35,270 nucleotides of DNA, taken from IMG/VR virus record IMGVR_UViG_2506381017_000002, one strand, 5' to 3'. Origin of the DNA: a virus (Duplodnaviria > Heunggongvirae > Uroviricota > Caudoviricetes). Each line of letters begins with the position of its first letter. The stretch's first letter is position 1. A model generated the notes under the pieces. That model ran no database searches and was not told the DNA's origin. It saw nothing but the letters and a program-made list of their open reading frames with translations. Positions 1 through 7,242 of the stretch are shown one piece after another. Both the position numbers and the translations under genes were made by a program.

Positions 1-2
1 GT

Positions 3-788
3 TACAAAATCTATGTTTACCCAGTTCAACAAACACCAAATAATGTTGAGCTTCTTTTGCCATGGAAAAATCATACCATCACTGTTCAAAAGACTATTTC
101 TGACTGGACTATTGCATCCAAGCTTGAATTCAGTAAAACTCTTAAATTATCTTCTCAAACCATTGATATGACTGTGAAGTCCCAACGGGAATACACGTGC
201 AACCAAAAAGGGAATACTAGTTTATCTCACTCTAGTTTATCTCATGTATTTTTAAATAATAATGGATTGGATGATAACGCGCGTACGCGTAAGGAAAATG
301 AAATTCAACCCAATCAATCAAACAAGAATCCATATCACTCTTTACCAGAAAAGATAAAGAATTCATTTGGTGATGTATTTGGTTTTATTACAAAGCCTAT
401 GGCTATTGAACTACATTCTCTAATCAGTCAAGCTAACGAAGACATGGTTAACTACGTAATTACAAGCAGCAAAGGTCATAAGGTTACTAATGCTATCGCA
501 TATATCAAAGCCGCTATTACCAATGCTATTAAACGAGGGGATAAGTGCGCCCAAGATATGATTGACTTTTATAACAACAACGTAAAAACTACGTTCTCTA
601 GTTACAAGAAAAAGCCAGCAAAGCGTTTTATGTCTGAAGAAGAAGTAAATGCTATGGTTGCAAAAGACGAAGAAGAAATGCGCCAAAACAATCCGAAGCT
701 TTACACTCGTATACAGGAAATTAAGCGTCGCAGCGCAGAAAAGGCACAGAATCGTCCAGAAATTCCAATCTATAAGCTTGAGTTTTAA
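3..788 (+). CDS. 5'-truncated replication initiator / replisome-organiser-like protein (>=261 aa)
   Basis: Frame is open from position 3 (YKIYVYPVQQTPNNVELLLPWKNH...), so the track's TTG start at 57 is probably internal. It has an S/N-rich linker with a 13-bp repeat (SLSHSSLSH) and a DnaD-like-looking C-terminal segment (NAIAYIKAAITNAIK). Function is inferred. Confidence 0.5.
   Translation, partial: YKIYVYPVQQTPNNVELLLPWKNHTITVQKTISDWTIASKLEFSKTLKLSSQTIDMTVKSQREYTCNQKGNTSLSHSSLSHVFLNNNGLDDNARTRKENEIQPNQSNKNPYHSLPEKIKNSFGDVFGFITKPMAIELHSLISQANEDMVNYVITSSKGHKVTNAIAYIKAAITNAIKRGDKCAQDMIDFYNNNVKTTFSSYKKKPAKRFMSEEEVNAMVAKDEEEMRQNNPKLYTRIQEIKRRSAEKAQNRPEIPIYKLEF
217..244 (+). repeat. 13-bp direct repeat CTAGTTTATCTCA x2 (217-229, 232-244; period 15)
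   Basis: Exact duplication seen in sequence, followed by an AT-rich stretch. Confidence 0.85.
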
Positions 789-805
789 AACAAATCCAGG
801 ATTAT

Positions 806-862
806 AAAAACGTTACTGGTAGGTGCAAATCTGTGACTTGCTCATGCTATTTTTGGTAAGAT
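806..862 (+). promoter_or_regulatory. Promoter P1 with conserved upstream operator-like motif
   Basis: AAAAACGTTAC-N16-GTGACT (-35-like, 833-838), 18-nt spacer, TG-G-TAAGAT (extended -10, 857-862). Same architecture at 1880 and 25432. Confidence 0.65.
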
Positions 863-903
863 AACCTCCAGAATGTTGATATGACGCCAAACTCAAAAAG
901 GTA

Positions 904-1050
904 AGAAAATCTACATCTTTTTTTGTTGAAGTGACCACGAAAAGGTGTAGATTTTCTACCGCCTCGACCACGAAAGGGTGTAGATTTTCTTATCAATGCG
1001 TGGTCCTTATTAATATATAAATATATAAATAAGAAAAGGTATATGAGTAA
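904..1050. repeat. Iteron-like cluster plus AT-rich tract (candidate replication origin or operator array)
   Basis: GACCACGAAA(A/G)GGTGTAGATTTTCT at 933-957 and 966-990 (24/25 identical, period 33). Inverted copy of the core at 904-917 (13/14), inverted CGTGGTC at 999-1005, AT-only tract at about 1008-1037. Confidence 0.7.
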
Positions 1051-1059
1051 TAGGGAAAT

Positions 1060-1086
1060 AAAAGCCCGCGCGTAGGCGGAGCTTTT
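1060..1086 (+). terminator. Terminator-like hairpin just upstream of the RBS of ORF 1114
   Basis: AAAAGC-CCGC / GCGG-A-GCTTTT stem with a 6-nt loop and only a short T-tract. Confidence 0.5.
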
Positions 1087-1113
1087 CAGAACATATATCA
1101 CAGGAGGATATTG

Positions 1114-1857
1114 ATGAATCTAATCACGAAATACGATAGTTACAAAGAAGGATTGCCAAAAACAGAAATATATGGGATCGTTGACAAGAACATATTCCAA
1201 ATCAATTTCGATCTTGAAGTTAATGATAAACTAACCTTTGACGAAATTAGCTTATTTATATATCTGTCTTATATGTCTTCACGAGCAACTATATATAATG
1301 GCAAGAGAACAGTTATTGGCGCAGATGATGTAAGCCTATATAAACTAATTTATAAAACTAGTAAATTAGCAGGACGTTATCAGGAAAAAATTAGTGAAAT
1401 CCACAAGTCATTAAATCATCTTAAACGTCTTAGACTTATCAAATCGATGTTATACATAGACCGAGAAGATATTATTATACCTGATGTCGAAGATAACTAT
1501 GGGAGGCTCTCCCCGGTAACGGTAGAATCAATTATTAAAATCTCTAAGGGCGACGCTTTATTAAAACATATTGGGGTGTATGCTGCTATGAAATCTACTG
1601 TTTATGCGGGAAGCACAAACACCTCTGTAGTTGAAAAAAATTCAAAATATATTGCCCATATGCTAAATACAACTAGTACAACTGTTGACCGACATCTTAA
1701 ATGGCTGAGGGATAATAAACTAATTTGTTATTTTCTTTGTGCCTCAGAAAAAGGTACAGTTCGTAAATATTATTATGCCGATCTTCCTGATTGGGAAAAT
1801 CTAAGAGATAATATAAAGACAAAAATCAAAAGGGAACATATTCAATTAATTGCATAA
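1114..1857 (+). CDS. Tandem winged-helix DNA-binding protein, putative replication initiator (247 aa)
   Basis: RBS CAGGAGG (1101-1107) 6 nt before ATG 1114. Two wHTH-like segments (LTFDEISLFIYL...SLNHLKRLRLI; YIAHMLNTTSTTVDRHLKWLRDNKLI). Adjacent to iteron-like repeats. Confidence 0.55.
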   Translation: MNLITKYDSYKEGLPKTEIYGIVDKNIFQINFDLEVNDKLTFDEISLFIYLSYMSSRATIYNGKRTVIGADDVSLYKLIYKTSKLAGRYQEKISEIHKSLNHLKRLRLIKSMLYIDREDIIIPDVEDNYGRLSPVTVESIIKISKGDALLKHIGVYAAMKSTVYAGSTNTSVVEKNSKYIAHMLNTTSTTVDRHLKWLRDNKLICYFLCASEKGTVRKYYYADLPDWENLRDNIKTKIKREHIQLIA

Positions 1858-1871
1858 ACAGCTTGACTTTC

Positions 1872-1930
1872 AAAAAAACGTTACCGGTAGATGCAGATCT
1901 GTGACCTGCCCACCGTGTTCTTGGTACAAT
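1872..1930 (+). promoter_or_regulatory. Promoter P2 with conserved upstream operator-like motif
   Basis: AAAAAAACGTTAC(1880)-N16-GTGACC (1901-1906), 18-nt spacer, TG-G-TACAAT (1925-1930). Confidence 0.7.
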
Positions 1931-1959
1931 AACACCAGCGAACACGGTTTTTATTTTTT
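1912..1959 (+). terminator. Intrinsic terminator overlapping the P2 -10 box
   Basis: ACCGTGTTC (1912-1920) / GAACACGGT (1940-1948), inner TGGT/ACCA, followed by TTTTTATTTTTT. Confidence 0.7.
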
Positions 1960-2027
1960 AAAAATAATCACAACGAAAATACTAAAATAAATTTATTTGA
2001 TATAAAGAGAGGGGATACAAAGACAAG

Positions 2028-2750
2028 GTGAACAAAACACTATTTAAAACTGAATTAATGACGTACAAAGAGAGAAAAGAGAACATTGATAAAGAATTGA
2101 ACCCCAACTTCTTTGAGGAATTTAATCGTGATGATATCGATAAGGGTAAGACAATGGCAGAAAGCTATTCGGGCTGGTTCAATGATCGAATTGTTCAATA
2201 CTTAGTACACGGGCGCAATATAGATAATCCCAAGGAAACAGATTATCCATTTTATGCGAGTGATTATGATTATTACAGAACAAGAATGGCTAAAGCCACA
2301 TTGCTAACTGCGCAGATTGATGATTGGGTTAATCCGATTATGTCAAAGGATTATGAAATAAAAAATCAGGAAAATAAAAAAGAATATATTGAACGCTTAT
2401 TTGATACAAACAATTTAGAAGTTAATGACTTAAGAAATTTTATTAAATTAGGGCTTCACAAGGATCTGAAAAGGTTAAATTTTGAAGATTATTCTTTTGA
2501 TTTATTACGAAATCTGCAAGAATTACAAAAAATTGTTTGGATGGGCTGTACAAAAAACACTGATCAAATATTCTTGAATTATTTTGATGGGAAAAGATCA
2601 ATTAATGAAATAAGCGTTATTTATGGTGTTACTCATCAGAATGTTTCAAAAAAATTAACAAGAATTTGCAAAAATGCCTTAAAAAAGTTGCGCGCACATG
2701 AAGGGTGCGCTTGTCTTAATGAGGAAGTAGATAATAAATTATCTGCTTAG
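2028..2750 (+). CDS. Sigma70 region-4-like HTH transcription regulator (240 aa), candidate late-gene activator
   Basis: C-terminal IFLNYFDGKRSINEISVIYGVTHQNVSKKLTRICKNALKKLR resembles the sigma70 r4 HTH. GTG start after AGAGGGGA. Lies directly upstream of the late operon. Confidence 0.6.
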   Translation: MNKTLFKTELMTYKERKENIDKELNPNFFEEFNRDDIDKGKTMAESYSGWFNDRIVQYLVHGRNIDNPKETDYPFYASDYDYYRTRMAKATLLTAQIDDWVNPIMSKDYEIKNQENKKEYIERLFDTNNLEVNDLRNFIKLGLHKDLKRLNFEDYSFDLLRNLQELQKIVWMGCTKNTDQIFLNYFDGKRSINEISVIYGVTHQNVSKKLTRICKNALKKLRAHEGCACLNEEVDNKLSA

Positions 2751-2780
2751 TCGTAAAATACTTGCGTTTGTACCATTTTT

Positions 2781-2806
2781 CTTCGCGGTTGTTGCGAACC
2801 GCGGAG
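2781..2806. other. GC-rich intergenic hairpin
   Basis: CTTCGCGGTT-GTTGCG-AACCGCGGAG, 10-bp stem with one G-U; no downstream T-tract. Confidence 0.6.
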
Positions 2807-2897
2807 TTATGAGGATTAAGGGTATTAGTCAGTTCGACTCTGACATATCCTCACCGTATAAAATAAACATTTTAACAAGAGAGCGAGAGAGAAAAAT

Positions 2898-3164
2898 ATG
2901 TTAAACAAGAAAGATTTAATTGAAATTATTGCAAAGCAACAAGAAACTACAAAGGTTGAAGCTAAGAAGATTGTGGAAGCCTTTACTGATGGTATCAAGT
3001 CAATTATGAAGGATAACAAGTCAGTAAACATTACAGGCTTTGCTAAGTTTGAAAGTAAGTACAAGGAAGCTTACAAGCGTGTGTTTGGTGTAACTGGTGA
3101 ATTAATTGAAGTTCCAGCACATCACGTACACAAGGCAACTTTATCAAAGAAGATTGCTGAATAA
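2898..3164 (+). CDS. hup: HU-family histone-like DNA-binding protein (88 aa)
   Basis: MLNKKDLIEIIA...KKIVEAF...VNITGFAKF...TGELIEVPA follows the HU/IHF pattern; the arm-tip GRNP motif is altered. Confidence 0.85.
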   Translation: MLNKKDLIEIIAKQQETTKVEAKKIVEAFTDGIKSIMKDNKSVNITGFAKFESKYKEAYKRVFGVTGELIEVPAHHVHKATLSKKIAE

Positions 3165-3171
3165 TTAAGTT

Positions 3172-3386
3172 AACAGTTCATCCGTTAGTCCATGGAGCTA
3201 TAAAAACCCACGATCGAATGGGCTGTTGGGTTGGTTAAGCAGTCCGAACTAAATAATGTCACACGGAAGCGCTCGTGTGATTTTCAAAGCAGATAATAAC
3301 CAGTGAAAACCTCCTTAATAACAAATAAAAAATGAAACTGAGATTATTGTCTGTTGTGAAAACTACACGAGCGTAAGTTATGTGAC
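3172..3386 (+). ncRNA. Candidate structured non-coding RNA or leader (pseudoknot domain plus 129-nt rod)
   Basis: 10-bp stem 3172-3181/3218-3227 with AACCC(3205-3209)/GGGTT(3228-3232) pseudoknot potential. Rod 3258-3386 built from several helices around a 32-nt loop. Found by manual pairing only. Confidence 0.55.
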
Positions 3387-3401
3387 GAAGGGGACAATCA
3401 T

Positions 3402-3572
3402 ATGAATTTAGATATTGATGTCGCCCTCAAGAAGCATGTTGAGTTCGTGCTTAGAAAAATGGACGAAATTGAAGCGTGCGAAGAACTATCAATTCATAAC
3501 ATGGCAGACCTTGACCGGTATGCTCACATATTAAGAAATCTAGCACAAACTCACGAAGCAATTATGAAGTAG
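3402..3572 (+). CDS. Small hypothetical protein (56 aa), not in the ORF track
   Basis: RBS GAAGGGGA (3387-3394), ATG 3402, MNLDIDVALKKHVEFVLRKMDEIEACEELSIHNMADLDRYAHILRNLAQTHEAIMK, stop TAG 3570-3572; packs tightly against the next gene's RBS. Confidence 0.7.
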   Translation: MNLDIDVALKKHVEFVLRKMDEIEACEELSIHNMADLDRYAHILRNLAQTHEAIMK

Positions 3573-3584
3573 AGAGGTGAGTCA

Positions 3585-4361
3585 ATGGCAGGGAAAATAT
3601 GTGTCATCTGTGGTAAAGAAAAAAGGTCTAACCAACTTTTAAGACACAAGAACTTATTATTCGACAATGGTTTTTCTATTTGTCGTGATTGTGCCAATAC
3701 GGTAGCGGATTTTAGTAATGAGGATTCGGTTATTGAAATGGCACAATTCGCAAATATTCCCTTTGTCAAGAACCTTTACATCGATGTAAAGAGAACAAGT
3801 AAGAATCCTAATTTTGGAGAATACTTAAAGAAAATAGCTCCGTATAAGAATTTCAAGACCTTCTCTGATTCTGTATTCACAACAGATCATGCCGAGGAAA
3901 CAGTAAGCATTACCCCCGAATTAGAAAGTAGATGGGGTAAGGGATATAACGAAGAAGAATATGCTTATTTTGAGAATGTGCTACAAGGTCTTATTGCAAT
4001 TAAACCGGCAACAACGGCATTTGAGATTCAGAGATATGTTGCCAATGTAAAGTTGAAGGACGCATTGGATAAGGCGTTTATGGATGGAGACTCTAAGGCG
4101 ATCACTGCCTTACGTAAAGCATATTCAGAAGATTCAAAGGATTTAGGGTTTGACGCTGTACTTAGTGGGAATGATGACAGTGGAAAGACGTTGGGTCAAA
4201 GAATTCAAGGTTGGGAACTTAGTGAACCTGTTCCAGATAGCGATAAATACGAAGACGCTGCTGGCCTAAAGAAGTACATTGAAAAATGGTTCGTGATTCC
4301 TATGAAGAGAACCTTTGGTGTCGCCTCTGAAAAGGAGGTTGAAAGTCTATATGAAGACTGA
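3585..4361 (+). CDS. Zn-finger protein, putative terminase small subunit or packaging accessory (258 aa)
   Basis: N-terminal CxxC...CxxC (CVIC, CRDC). Overlaps the terL start and encodes its RBS. The small-subunit role is inferred from position only. Confidence 0.5.
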   Translation: MAGKICVICGKEKRSNQLLRHKNLLFDNGFSICRDCANTVADFSNEDSVIEMAQFANIPFVKNLYIDVKRTSKNPNFGEYLKKIAPYKNFKTFSDSVFTTDHAEETVSITPELESRWGKGYNEEEYAYFENVLQGLIAIKPATTAFEIQRYVANVKLKDALDKAFMDGDSKAITALRKAYSEDSKDLGFDAVLSGNDDSGKTLGQRIQGWELSEPVPDSDKYEDAAGLKKYIEKWFVIPMKRTFGVASEKEVESLYED

Positions 4362-4635
4362 AAAGACACAACAAAAGTCTAGCTATTTTGAAAAACGAGA
4401 ACGCAACCTGATGAAATGGGTTGGATATTGGCGAAGAAACCCACAGATATTCGTAAAAGATTATCTTGGAGTTAACCTGAAGCCTTATCAGAAATTGTTG
4501 TTTTACATGATGAATAAGGTTGATTTCTTCATGTATATTGCGGCGAGAGGTCAGGGAAAAAGTTTCCTTATTGCTTTGTACTGTATTGTCCGGTGTATTT
4601 TATATCCTGGAACAAAAATAGTATTGGCTTCAGGT
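4351..4635 (+). CDS. terL: Terminase large subunit, exon 1 (95 aa)
   Basis: RBS AAGGAGG at 4332-4338, ATG 4351, Walker A AARGQGKS, ends IVLASG at the predicted 5' splice site (U4635). Confidence 0.9.
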
Positions 4636-5757
4636 AAAAAAGAAACGTATATATTTTGGGAGGATACATATCGTAAGAGTAATGAAGAGATGGACCGTAG
4701 AGGAAGAGAAGTTCCTCAAGGATAATTACGGGAAAATGACATGCCGAGAAATAGGCGATTGTTTGGAGAGATCTGTAGGATCTATAAGAAAACATCTTCC
4801 ATATTTAGGCTTAAGGCGATCAAGATACAAATACAGCTTTAATGCTTCGTATTTCAATACAATTGATACGCCAGAAAAAGCATATTGGCTAGGATTCATT
4901 GCTGCTGATGGATGCATTATAGATACAAGCTCTGAAAAGGGTTCACAGAAGCGTCTTAAAATTGGGTTACAAAAAAGTGATGATGAACACCTTAAAAAAT
5001 TCAGAGAATGTATTAACGGAAATCACCCAATTACATACTATGAATCAGTAAACAAAAAGCGAAATATTTGTTCTGAAGAATGTCAAATCGTTATTTATTC
5101 AGCAAGCATGGTTGAGGATTTAGAGAGACTTGGATTATATCCAAGAAAAACATATTCTTTGCCATTCCCAACAGAAGAGCAAGTTTCTATAGGACTTATG
5201 CCACATTACATTCGAGGTTTTATAGATGGAGATGGAGCTTTTACTTCGCGTATCCGTAATGATCGTAATAGGCGCGTTGCCGAGTTTACAGTTACGGGTG
5301 CAGATAAATCGTTCTTATTTGCTATGAAACAATTTTTTGAGTCTACGTTAGATGTACGTGTGGGATTATATGGGAAGTCTGATGGTAATTGGCGAATAAC
5401 ATCGTCTGCCATCTCTGATGTTTTAAAAATATTAGATTACGCATATAAGGCTGAAGGAATTACTTATAATTCAGTACTCAATAGAAAATACCTAAAATAT
5501 ATACGATCAAGAAAAGAATTTGCCGTCTGTGTTGGCAACAATACAGATAATAAACCCGGAAAAAGCTGGAAGCCTAAACTTGATATAAGCATGGTAATCA
5601 GAGCGGAAGGTCGCGAGAAAGCGAACACGTGCAGAGCATAGATTCTGAAATAATGAATCCACGAGGCCGGGTCATCTCTCAGAGATGAAAAGATATGCCG
5701 AGCTTATGAGAAATCATAAGAAGTAGAGGATAAAAAGCCTTTACGATAACAAAACTG
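4636..5757 (+). mobile_element. Group I self-splicing intron (1,122 nt) in terL, with a homing endonuclease in the P1 loop
   Basis: 5' exon ends in U and intron ends in G5757; splicing restores ...VLASG|TRSQAANIISQKI... in frame. P1 GGT|AAA/TTTGCC(5519-5524) with U-G; P2 5526-5547 with GCAA loop; P3 ACCCGG(5554-5559)/CCGGGT(5667-5672); P7 G(A)GCATA(5634-5640)/TATGCC(5694-5699); P8 TCATCTC/GAGATGA; P9 CTTATGA-GAAA-TCATAAG(5703-5720). Confidence 0.92.
4682..5641 (+). CDS. Intron-encoded double-motif LAGLIDADG homing endonuclease with N-terminal Myb/SANT-like HTH (319 aa)
   Basis: Motifs AYWLGFIAADGCI and HYIRGFIDGDGAF; N-terminal RWTVEEEKFLKDNY...REIGDCLERSVGSIR. Confidence 0.9.
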   Translation: MKRWTVEEEKFLKDNYGKMTCREIGDCLERSVGSIRKHLPYLGLRRSRYKYSFNASYFNTIDTPEKAYWLGFIAADGCIIDTSSEKGSQKRLKIGLQKSDDEHLKKFRECINGNHPITYYESVNKKRNICSEECQIVIYSASMVEDLERLGLYPRKTYSLPFPTEEQVSIGLMPHYIRGFIDGDGAFTSRIRNDRNRRVAEFTVTGADKSFLFAMKQFFESTLDVRVGLYGKSDGNWRITSSAISDVLKILDYAYKAEGITYNSVLNRKYLKYIRSRKEFAVCVGNNTDNKPGKSWKPKLDISMVIRAEGREKANTCRA

Positions 5758-7227
5758 ACAAGAAGCCAAGCTGCAAATATCATTTCACAAAAGATAGTGG
5801 ACTTTTACGATCAATCAGCAGCAGTTCGATACGAAATAGGTTACAAGAAGGACCATATTAAAACGACGGTCAATGAGGCAAAGGTTGAGTTTAAGAATGG
5901 ATCGAGGATCTTTGCCGCTACATCTGGTGAAAGTGCTCGTGGTTTACGTTGTAATATCTTAATCTGTGACGAATTTCGTCTGATTAAGAAAGAAACATTG
6001 GATAAGATTCTAAAACCGATGCTTAACGTTTACCGCCAGCCACCATATTTATCGAAACCAGAATATAGTCACTTAAAGCGAGAGGAAAACAAACAGATTT
6101 ACATTTCTTCTGCTTGGTATAAGTCGCATTGGATATGGGACGAATTCAAGAGCTATTTTAAGAAAATGACCAATTCGGATAAGCGTTATTTCGTTTCAAT
6201 TCTCCCATATCAATTATCGGTTAAGAGCGGATTACTTTCACAGAGTGCGGTTGATGCCGAAAGAACGAGTGACACATTCGATCAAACGAGTTTTGATATG
6301 GAATATGAAACTATATTTGTTGGTGAAAATGATAAAGCCTACTTCAAGCTTGATCCATTAAACAAGATTAGAACGGTGGGAAAGACGTTTAGACCTCCAA
6401 CTAATCAAGAATTCGTTGAAAATCAACATAGATCAAAACCAAGAACGTTGTCGAATTTCAAACGTGTCGATAAAGTAAATGAAATTAGAATAGTAGCCCT
6501 TGATATTGCCTTAATGGGTGGAAATAAGCTCGTTAAGAACGATACATCAGCATTTACGTTGATGAGGTTAATTCGTGAGGGTGATGAATATAAGCGCCAG
6601 GTTGTCTATTTGGAAAGTATTCAAGAGTCAATTTCTTCGGAGAACTTAGCTATTCGTTTAAAACAACTATATTACGACTTTGAAGCCGATTATGTAGTTA
6701 TGGATGCGAATGGTAATGGGTTAGGAGTATTTGATGCTTGTACAACCGTCCTTACAGATAAAGATCGTGATATAGAATATCCAGCCTGGGCTTGTATCAA
6801 TGATGACGAAACAAACGATAGAACAAAAACTAAGGGAATTAAATGTGTATATACGGTTAAGGCAAATGCGGCTTTCAACCACGAAATTGCAGTTTCCCTA
6901 AAGAATGTCATTGAATCTGGAAAACTCAGATTACCTATGAATGACATTCAAAAGCGCGAAGAATTACAGGAAGATAAGGAATATCGAAAGTTGCCGGCCG
7001 AAGAACAAATTAAGGTCTTATATCCATATGTTCAAGCGACTGCATTGGTCAACGAGTTGGTAAACCTTGAATATACCGTTAGAACTGGATATATCAAGAT
7101 TTACGAAGTCGGAACCACAACAAAAGATAGGTATAGTTCGATCGCCTACTGTAATTATTACGCGAATGAATTAGAAAAAGATTTAAAAGAAGAAGCAGCT
7201 GACAATTTTAGCTACTTTATGATCTAA
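5758..7227 (+). CDS. terL: Terminase large subunit, exon 2 (489 aa; spliced protein 584 aa)
   Basis: SGESARGLRCNILICDEF (Walker B), nuclease acidic motifs VALDIA, DTSAF, VVMDANGNG, KDRYSS. Frame is open from 5758, upstream of the track's GTG at 5797. Confidence 0.9.
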   Translation, partial: TRSQAANIISQKIVDFYDQSAAVRYEIGYKKDHIKTTVNEAKVEFKNGSRIFAATSGESARGLRCNILICDEFRLIKKETLDKILKPMLNVYRQPPYLSKPEYSHLKREENKQIYISSAWYKSHWIWDEFKSYFKKMTNSDKRYFVSILPYQLSVKSGLLSQSAVDAERTSDTFDQTSFDMEYETIFVGENDKAYFKLDPLNKIRTVGKTFRPPTNQEFVENQHRSKPRTLSNFKRVDKVNEIRIVALDIALMGGNKLVKNDTSAFTLMRLIREGDEYKRQVVYLESIQESISSENLAIRLKQLYYDFEADYVVMDANGNGLGVFDACTTVLTDKDRDIEYPAWACINDDETNDRTKTKGIKCVYTVKANAAFNHEIAVSLKNVIESGKLRLPMNDIQKREELQEDKEYRKLPAEEQIKVLYPYVQATALVNELVNLEYTVRTGYIKIYEVGTTTKDRYSSIAYCNYYANELEKDLKEEAADNFSYFMI

Positions 7228-7242
7228 ATAGGCGGTGGAGTT

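Noticed and set aside
847-1101. Minus-strand 84-aa ORF with repeated RKSTPFRG
   Set aside because: The peptide repeat just translates the 33-bp-period DNA repeat; no convincing RBS, and it overlaps promoter and hairpin elements.
3260-3316. Minus-strand type I toxin peptide behind AAGGAGG
   Set aside because: Only a CTG follows at RBS distance, giving a 14-aa non-hydrophobic peptide.
4315-4725. 136-aa ORF as a separate gene
   Set aside because: It is terL exon 1 (start 4351) reading on into the intron; the last 29 codons are intronic.
4682-5641. Intein interpretation of the LAGLIDADG ORF
   Set aside because: It is out of frame with terL, has its own stop, lacks intein terminal residues, and a group I RNA core is present.
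5797-7227. GTG-initiated 476-aa terminase
   Set aside because: No RBS and no Walker A; the frame opens at 5758 as exon 2.
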